A program made the translations under genes and the position numbers. Source: Candidatus Omnitrophota bacterium (GTDB lineage: Bacteria > Omnitrophota > Gorgyraeia > Zapsychrales > Fredricksoniimonadaceae). From it: a DNA stretch of 11,466 nt. The stretch is taken from contig JBAXBM010000050.1 of NCBI GenBank assembly GCA_037141995.1, positions 1 to 11,466 of the forward strand, read 5' to 3'. Shown here piece after piece: positions 4,835 to 10,749 of the stretch (positions are counted from its first letter, which is position 1; each line of letters starts with the position of its first letter). The notes beneath the pieces were generated by a model. The model was given only the letters and a program-made list of their open reading frames with translations, searched no databases and was not told the DNA's origin.

Positions 4835-6946
4835 ATGTTGGAAAAACTGTATTCATTTGCCGGATTCCGGAAATTGATTTGTTGGTTGATGGCTGTTGTT
4901 TTTTTGACGGGATCAGTGATGCCCTTATATGCGCAGGGTGTGGCCGGCCTTTCATCTTCCGGGATGATGAACGTAAGCCGGACATTCACGCCGCCGATTG
5001 TCAGGGGGATGACGATTGATCCCAAGGATCCGTTTGCTTTTAAGTTTCTGATGGACCGCGGGGATGACAAGGGGTTGTCCCTGGAGGCTCGGACGGCAGT
5101 TTATGAGAAGTTGATCAAATATTTCATGGCGTCATTGGCGGTGCCGGAAGAAGATGTCTGGGTCAACCTTTCTCCCTATGAAGGGGATCGTTTGATCGCA
5201 GATAATTTTGGCATGACCGTTATGGGGCGCGACCTTCTGGAAATGGATTATGCGTTAAAGCGTGTCACGGCATCGTTATTTCATCCTGATCAGGAGCCGG
5301 GGAAGGCGTTCTGGAAGAAGGTTTATCAGGCGGCCTATGAACGTTATGGGACAACGGATGTGCCGGTCGATACGTTCAACAAGGTCTGGATCGTTCCGAG
5401 TGAGGCAAAGGTTTATGAGGACGGCAATTCTGTTATTCTGGTGAAAAGCCATCTCAAGGTCATGCTGGAGCAGGATTATTTGGCGCAGAAAAAGAATGCC
5501 GCGGTACACCCCGATAACAAGAATGATAAAGATTCCCAGTTTTCCCGCGATATTGTGCGTGAAGTCATGATTCCTATTCTTGAAAAAGAAGTCAATGACG
5601 GCGAAAATTTTGCAGTGTTACGTCAGATCACCGCATCGCTGATCCTTGCCACCTGGTATAAGAAAGCCTGGAAAGATGTTTTGTTGAACCAGGGATATAC
5701 GGATCATTCCAAGGTCAAAGGCGTTGACCAGGATCCTGCTAATAACCAGATTATCTACAACCAATATGTGGAAGCATTCAAGCAGGGCGCTGTGAATCTG
5801 GTCCGTGAAGAATATGATACGTTATCGCAGGAAATGATGCCACGGAAATATTTCTCCGGCGGTTACGGCACAAAGATGACAACAGATGATGGGCAGACAA
5901 CGTCTTTACAGCAACGATTAGAAGAAGTATCTCAGTCGCCGATGTTGGATCCAAAGAAAACGGAGTTGGTGGCGGCGTCTTTGATGCCAACGGCAAGAAC
6001 AACAGTTGCCGGGTTATTCCGACCTGTTTCACGCTTGGCGCTTCTTATTGTGTTGTGGACAGGGGCTTTCTTTCAACCAACGACAGCGGCTTTAGCAGAA
6101 TATAGAAGTACACAAAGTTTTACATATACGAACGGTTCTAGAACTCAAAAAATGGAGTTGATTGTTACTGATCCTGGCGTTGTTGTGACAGATGTGTGGG
6201 ATACTCAATCAAAGATGCTACGTGATTTCACGGATACTGTAAATACAGTAATTATAATGTCTAGGAGTAATGAGTTAGGGGCCTTAGATACACTTGGGAA
6301 GCTTGAAGCAAGAGTCAAAGCAGGGAAGGCCTCAGAAGAGGCGATATTGAAGGGGTTGGTTCAAAAGCAATTTGTTGCTTTATTAATGAATGGGAAAAAG
6401 CCTGTTGATATATCTCCGTTTCTTCAAGCGTATACTGATTGTTTGCAAGAGATAGGGCGGGTACGAAAGACTATAGACAACAATAATAAGATACGGGCTT
6501 ATAATGAAGCTGTGGAGCAGAATAATGCTAAAGCACGAGAATTCAATAAAAATCAAGCGAAGTATTCCTCTGTTGTGAAGGGGTATGTTGAGATTTTTAA
6601 TAAGAAGCAACGTGACCCAGTAGAAATGAAAAAATTATCGGTAAGCATAGGTCAACTTCTTGCGCAACCAGATTTGCCTTCAAATTTCAGGGCAACTCTT
6701 CAGCAAATTAAAACATGGATAGATAAGGCGGAGAATGTAAAGAAACCAAAGCTTGTGACAGATAAGAATCTTGGTGGTATTGATTTGAATGCCAATTCTT
6801 TTAACCTTGAGGTTGAATCGCGTAAGGAAGCCAGGGGCTTGGTGTCTCCTGTTTTGGTTGATCTTGTTGCCCTTGAAGGCTTGAGCCCACGGATATTGTC
6901 CGTCACGTCCGCCAGTGAATATGTAAAGATGTTTTCAGGAAAGTAA
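4835..6946 (+). CDS. Large secreted or membrane-associated protein of unknown function, with an N-terminal signal peptide and an internal hydrophobic segment
   Basis: 703-codon ORF with SD AAGGGGG 6-7 nt upstream. The N-terminus MLEKLYSFAGFRKLICWLMAVVFLTGSVMPLYAQG looks like a Sec signal peptide. A second signal-peptide-like segment lies at aa 384-421. The C-terminal third is Lys/Asn/Gln-rich and looks coiled-coil-like. No family recognised. Confidence 0.8.
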   Translation: MLEKLYSFAGFRKLICWLMAVVFLTGSVMPLYAQGVAGLSSSGMMNVSRTFTPPIVRGMTIDPKDPFAFKFLMDRGDDKGLSLEARTAVYEKLIKYFMASLAVPEEDVWVNLSPYEGDRLIADNFGMTVMGRDLLEMDYALKRVTASLFHPDQEPGKAFWKKVYQAAYERYGTTDVPVDTFNKVWIVPSEAKVYEDGNSVILVKSHLKVMLEQDYLAQKKNAAVHPDNKNDKDSQFSRDIVREVMIPILEKEVNDGENFAVLRQITASLILATWYKKAWKDVLLNQGYTDHSKVKGVDQDPANNQIIYNQYVEAFKQGAVNLVREEYDTLSQEMMPRKYFSGGYGTKMTTDDGQTTSLQQRLEEVSQSPMLDPKKTELVAASLMPTARTTVAGLFRPVSRLALLIVLWTGAFFQPTTAALAEYRSTQSFTYTNGSRTQKMELIVTDPGVVVTDVWDTQSKMLRDFTDTVNTVIIMSRSNELGALDTLGKLEARVKAGKASEEAILKGLVQKQFVALLMNGKKPVDISPFLQAYTDCLQEIGRVRKTIDNNNKIRAYNEAVEQNNAKAREFNKNQAKYSSVVKGYVEIFNKKQRDPVEMKKLSVSIGQLLAQPDLPSNFRATLQQIKTWIDKAENVKKPKLVTDKNLGGIDLNANSFNLEVESRKEARGLVSPVLVDLVALEGLSPRILSVTSASEYVKMFSGK

Positions 6947-6971
6947 TAGTGGCAGGGTATTGAATATTTCA

Positions 6972-6999
6972 TCGACAAAATCACAATCAACCTTATAAT
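6972..6999 (+). promoter_or_regulatory. Sigma70-like promoter candidate upstream of ygiQ
   Basis: -35 TCGACA (6972-6977, 5/6 match), 16-nt spacer, perfect -10 TATAAT (6994-6999). The predicted start near 7006 would put the 7053-7181 element in a ~175-nt leader. Confidence 0.4.
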
Positions 7000-7052
7000 G
7001 GCGCTGTTCAGGCGGGATTAATGGCTGGCGGCGCTATGAGAAAATCGTAGAT

Positions 7053-7181
7053 GTTTAGCGCCTTGTGTGCTCGCCGCGCCGAGCGCCGAGTGCTTTTTCG
7101 CCTGGAACGAGGGGGTTTATCCCCCGAGAGAAGCCGAAAGAGTGGCGCGGTATGGCAGGCGAGAAATCGAATGCGCTAAAC
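7053..7181 (+). repeat. 129-nt structured intergenic element, copy A (candidate cis-regulatory or REP-like structured RNA; family not recognised)
   Basis: About 82% identical to 8965-9095. Five nested stems: P1 7053-7061/7173-7181, P2 7070-7075/7158-7163, P3 7076-7080/7144-7148, P4 7093-7100/7135-7142, P5 7111-7115/7121-7125. Four compensatory changes relative to copy B. Confidence 0.7.
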
Positions 7182-8960
7182 ATGCATAAAAAAACTTCGT
7201 TTCTTCCCATGTATCTTGATGAGATGGCGGCTCGGGGGTGGGGTGAGCTGGACGTTATTATCATCAGCGGCGATGCGTATGTGGATCATCCTTCCTACGG
7301 CACGGCATTGATCGGGCGTCTCCTGGAAAGCAAGGGTTATCGCGTGGGTATTATCGCCCAGCCGGACTGGCGGTCGCTGGATGATTTTACGCGCCTGGGG
7401 CGTCCGCGTTTGTGCGTTTGTGTGACGGCGGGCAATGTGGATTCCATGGTTGCCCATTACACGGCCAACAAGCGGCGGCGGCAGGGGGATGATTTTGCGC
7501 CGGGCGGCAAGGACGGCTTGAGGCCGGATCGTGCGGCGATTGTGTATGCTAATCGTGCTAAGGCGGCATTCAAGGGCCTGCCGGTGATCCTGGGCGGTGT
7601 TGAGGCCAGCATGCGGCGCTTGGCGCATTACGATTACTGGGATGATGCGGTGCGGCGTTCGGTATTGATCGATGCCAAGGCGGACATGATCATTTACGGC
7701 ATGGCAGAGCGGCCTGTTGTGGAAGTGATGGCGCGGCTGGCGCAGGGTGAGGCGATCGCAGCGATCCGTGATGTGCGCGGCACCGTGGTGCGTGTGAAGC
7801 CGGCGGAATTTCCTGCGGGGACGATAGAATTGCCGTCGTTTGAAGATATCAGCCGTGACCCTGAAATTTTTAACCAGGCATTTCGCCTGGCTTATGCGGA
7901 AATGTCGCCGGAAGACGGCAAGCCTTTGGCCCAGCGGCATGCGGATCAGTGTGTGCTGCAATTGCCCCCGGCATTGCCATTGACACCTCAAGAACTTGAC
8001 GCCGGTTATGATCTGGCGTATGCGCGCACATGGCATCCGTCGTATGATGCCTTGGGCGGCGTGAAGGGTTTAGAGACAGTGCGCTGGTCGATCACAGCGG
8101 TGCGCGGCTGTCCCGGGGAGTGTCATTTTTGCGGGATCACGTTCCATCAGGGGCGGATCGTGCAGAGCCGGAGCGTGGCGTCCATTGTGCGGGAAGCTGA
8201 AGGCCTCGCGCGCGACCCGGCGTTTCGGGGGACGATTCAGGATGTGGGCGGGCCGACAGCGAATTTATACGGTGCCAGTTGTGCCAATTGGAATAAAGGC
8301 CGGGTATGCCGCGGCAAGCAGTGCCTGATGCCATCGAAATGCCCGTCGCTGGATCTGGGGTGCCGGGAAGCGGTTTCCTTGTATGAAGCGATACGGCGTG
8401 TGCCGGGCATAAAACATATGTTCGTGCAGAGCGGTTTGAGGTATGATCTCTTGCTCGAACCGGCGGCGCTCGATTATTTCAAGGTGTTATGCCGTTATCA
8501 TGTCAGCGGGCAGATGAAGGTGGCTCCCGAGCATACATCCGACGAGGTTTTAGCGCTCATGAACAAGCCGCCCTATGCGCGGTATGAGGCTTTTGTCCGG
8601 CTTTTCAATGAGATCAATGCGGGGCTTGGCAAGAAGCAGTTTCTGGTGAATTATTTTGTCAGCGCGCATCCCGGGGCAGGGCTTAAGGAAGCGTTTGATT
8701 GTGCGTCAATGCTTTTATCCCGCGGGATGCATCCGGAACAGGTGCAAGATTTTCTGCCTTTACCCATGACGGTATCGGCGTGCATGTATCACACGGGGAA
8801 GCATCCTCTGACGGGCAAGAGTGTTTATGTGCCGCGGAAAGACAATGAACGCGCGATGCAGAGGGCCCTTGTGCAGTCGCAGAATCCTGGTAATGCGCCC
8901 TTGATTGACAAGGCGCTTAATATTTTAGGTAAACAGGGAGTTAAGAAAAAATTTAAATAA
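7182..8960 (+). CDS. ygiQ: YgiQ-family radical SAM protein (UPF0313)
   Basis: The N-terminus KTSFLPMYLDEMAARGWGELDVIIISGDAYVDHPSYGTALIGRLLESKGYRVGIIAQPDW closely parallels E. coli YgiQ (FLPMSREEMDQLGW...VTGDAYVDHPSFG...RVGIIAQPDW). Radical SAM CxxxCxxC motif CPGECHFC at 8109-8132. The start is uncertain. The ORF track begins at 7065, but codons 1-39 are a read-through of the repeat element. ATG 7182 is the first Met after it, and ATG 7152 is an alternative. Confidence 0.88.
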   Translation: MHKKTSFLPMYLDEMAARGWGELDVIIISGDAYVDHPSYGTALIGRLLESKGYRVGIIAQPDWRSLDDFTRLGRPRLCVCVTAGNVDSMVAHYTANKRRRQGDDFAPGGKDGLRPDRAAIVYANRAKAAFKGLPVILGGVEASMRRLAHYDYWDDAVRRSVLIDAKADMIIYGMAERPVVEVMARLAQGEAIAAIRDVRGTVVRVKPAEFPAGTIELPSFEDISRDPEIFNQAFRLAYAEMSPEDGKPLAQRHADQCVLQLPPALPLTPQELDAGYDLAYARTWHPSYDALGGVKGLETVRWSITAVRGCPGECHFCGITFHQGRIVQSRSVASIVREAEGLARDPAFRGTIQDVGGPTANLYGASCANWNKGRVCRGKQCLMPSKCPSLDLGCREAVSLYEAIRRVPGIKHMFVQSGLRYDLLLEPAALDYFKVLCRYHVSGQMKVAPEHTSDEVLALMNKPPYARYEAFVRLFNEINAGLGKKQFLVNYFVSAHPGAGLKEAFDCASMLLSRGMHPEQVQDFLPLPMTVSACMYHTGKHPLTGKSVYVPRKDNERAMQRALVQSQNPGNAPLIDKALNILGKQGVKKKFK

Positions 8961-8964
8961 TGGT

Positions 8965-9095
8965 ATTCAGCGCCCTGTGTTTTCGCCGCGCCAAGCGCCG
9001 AGTGCCTTTCCGCCTGGAACGAGGGGGCCGCAGCCCCCGAGAGAAGCCGGAAGGGTGGCGCGATAAGGCAGGCGAAAAGATCTGATGCGCTGAAC
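8965..9095 (+). repeat. 129-131-nt structured intergenic element, copy B
   Basis: Same architecture as copy A: P1 8966-8973/9087-9094, P2 8980-8987/9071-9078, P3 8988-8992/9057-9061, P4 9005-9012/9048-9055, P5 9023-9027/9034-9038. It starts 5 nt after the ygiQ stop and ends 31 nt before the ABC-F start. Confidence 0.7.
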
Positions 9096-9125
9096 GTGTG
9101 CAATTAAACAAGAGAGGTAATCAGC

Positions 9126-10745
9126 ATGATCACGGTTAATAATGTTACGCTTCAATATGGCCAGCGGAAACTTTTTTCCGGTGTTAATATCAGTTTCTCC
9201 CAGGGTAATTGCTACGGCCTTATCGGCGCCAATGGATCCGGCAAATCAACGTTCCTGAAGATCTTGTCCGGCGAGATTGACTCAACCGAAGGTACAGTGG
9301 CCATTGATCCCGGCAAGCGCATGTCGGTGTTGCGCCAGGATCATTTTGCGTTTGATGAGCAGACGGTTTTGACAACGGTCATCATGGGGCACAAGCGGCT
9401 TTTTGATGTCATGCTGGAAAAAGACGCCATTTATGCCAAGGCAGATTTTACTGATGCCGACGGCATGCGTGTTTCCGAGCTGGAAGCCGAGTTTGCGGAA
9501 ATGGACGGGTGGAACGCGGAATCTGATGCCGGCAAACTCTTGGCGGAACTGGGGATCGCGACCTCAGCGCACACCCAGCAGATGAAACAGCTCGAGGGCG
9601 GCGACAAGGTGCGTGTGCTGTTGGCCCAGGCGCTTTTTGGCAATCCCGATATCCTTCTTCTCGACGAGCCGACGAACCATCTTGATGTCGAGACCTGCAT
9701 GTGGCTGGAGGAATTTCTTTCCCGTTTCGAGAATACGGCGATCGTTGTTTCCCATGACCGCCATTTTCTCGACAATGTGTGCACGCATATCGCCGACATT
9801 GATTTCGGGAAGGTTAAGATTTACTCCGGCAATTATACGTTCTGGTCGGAATCAAGCCGCCTCGCCGCAAAGCAGCGTAGTGAAGAGAATAAGAAGGTCG
9901 AGGACCGCCGCAAGGAATTGCAGGATTTCATCGCACGCTTCAGTTCCAATTTGTCAAAGTCGCGTCAGGCAACAAGCCGTAAAAAGATCCTCGAGAAACT
10001 TGTCATCGAGGACATTGAACCGTCTTCGCGTAAATATCCGTATGTGCATTTTGAGCAGGAACGCGAGGCCGGCAACGACCTCTTGGGGGTGGATGATCTG
10101 GCCAAATCTTTGGACGGGCAGGTCATGTTCAAGAAGTTATCATTTACGATTGAAAAGGGAGACAAGGTGGCTTTTGTGGGATCCAATGATCTGATCAAGA
10201 CGACACTTTTTCAGATTCTCATGGGCGAACTTCCGGCGGATAAAGGGACGTTCAAGTGGGGCTTCTCGACAAAGCGCGCCTATTTCCCGAAAGACAATGC
10301 CGAATATTTCAAGTCTGATCTCAGTGTCGTTGACTGGCTGAGGCAGTATTCCGAAGAGAAGGCCGAAGTTTTTATCCGCGGCTTTTTAGGCAAGATGCTT
10401 TTTACCGGTGAAGAATCCCAGAAACCGGCCAAGGTCCTTTCAGGCGGCGAGAAAGTCCGCTGTATGCTTTCACGCATGATGCTCATGAAGCCCAACGTTG
10501 TGATTCTCGACGAGCCGACCAGTCACCTGGATCTCGAGTCGATCACCGCACTCAATGAGGGGCTGAAGCGCTTTAAGGGCACGATCCTTTTCTCGTCGCA
10601 TGACCATGAGCTGGTGCAGACCGTCGCCAACCGCATCATCGAGATCACGCCGGCGGGCATGATCGACCGTACGGGTACAACGTTTGATGATTATCTGTCC
10701 GATGAACGCGTCAAAACCCTGCGGGCAGAGTTTGCCAGGGTTTAA
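9126..10745 (+). CDS. ybiT: ABC-F family ATPase with two nucleotide-binding domains, YbiT-like
   Basis: 539-codon ORF with SD GAGAGG about 8 nt upstream. NBD1 has Walker A GANGSGKST (9225-9251) and Walker B ILLLDEPTNHLD. A Lys/Arg-rich inter-domain linker (SRFSSNLSKSRQATSRKK) follows. NBD2 has signature LSGGEKVR and Walker B VVILDEPTSHLD. Overall collinear with E. coli YbiT (NVT.Q.G...YGLIGANGSGKSTF.KIL.G...LRQD.FAF.E.TVL.TVIMGHK). Confidence 0.88.
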   Translation: MITVNNVTLQYGQRKLFSGVNISFSQGNCYGLIGANGSGKSTFLKILSGEIDSTEGTVAIDPGKRMSVLRQDHFAFDEQTVLTTVIMGHKRLFDVMLEKDAIYAKADFTDADGMRVSELEAEFAEMDGWNAESDAGKLLAELGIATSAHTQQMKQLEGGDKVRVLLAQALFGNPDILLLDEPTNHLDVETCMWLEEFLSRFENTAIVVSHDRHFLDNVCTHIADIDFGKVKIYSGNYTFWSESSRLAAKQRSEENKKVEDRRKELQDFIARFSSNLSKSRQATSRKKILEKLVIEDIEPSSRKYPYVHFEQEREAGNDLLGVDDLAKSLDGQVMFKKLSFTIEKGDKVAFVGSNDLIKTTLFQILMGELPADKGTFKWGFSTKRAYFPKDNAEYFKSDLSVVDWLRQYSEEKAEVFIRGFLGKMLFTGEESQKPAKVLSGGEKVRCMLSRMMLMKPNVVILDEPTSHLDLESITALNEGLKRFKGTILFSSHDHELVQTVANRIIEITPAGMIDRTGTTFDDYLSDERVKTLRAEFARV

Positions 10746-10749
10746 CTAT

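Noticed and set aside
7065-7181. N-terminal 39-codon extension of the ygiQ ORF as given in the ORF track (MCSPRRAPSAFSPGTRGF...)
   Set aside because: These codons are a read-through of the repeat element. The homologous copy at 8965-9095 is clearly non-coding, since it follows a stop codon and has indels relative to copy A. The Pro/Arg/Gly-rich translation has no counterpart in YgiQ. Homology to E. coli YgiQ begins at FLPM.
7053-7181. Integron attC site, suggested by an imperfect palindrome of the right size with GTT...AAC ends
   Set aside because: attC sites read 5'-RYYYAAC...GTTRRRY-3', whereas this element has the opposite arrangement (5'-GTTTAGC...GCTAAAC-3') and does not fit the R/Y consensus. 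The flanking genes are housekeeping rather than promoterless cassettes, and no intI is visible.
7055-7264. Minus-strand small ORFs 7055-7264 and 8967-9155 with similar C-terminal peptides (LVPGEKALGARRGEHTRR and LVPGGKALGAWRGENTGR)
   Set aside because: The similarity is confined to the repeat element, the upstream parts are unrelated, and indels shift the frame between copies. Substitutions follow base-pairing rather than codon position. These are shadow ORFs of a GC-rich repeat.
7176-8036. 286-aa minus-strand ORF antisense to ygiQ
   Set aside because: The Arg/Pro/His-rich, low-complexity translation is typical of a shadow ORF on the opposite strand of a ~60% GC gene. The + strand frame has unambiguous YgiQ and radical SAM motifs.
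9613-10194. 193-aa + strand ORF in an alternative frame inside the ABC-F gene, plus other antisense ORFs at 9431-9799 and 9965-10198
   Set aside because: The translation is Arg/Ser-rich and low-complexity with no recognisable motifs, and it is fully nested in a gene whose frame carries all ABC motifs.
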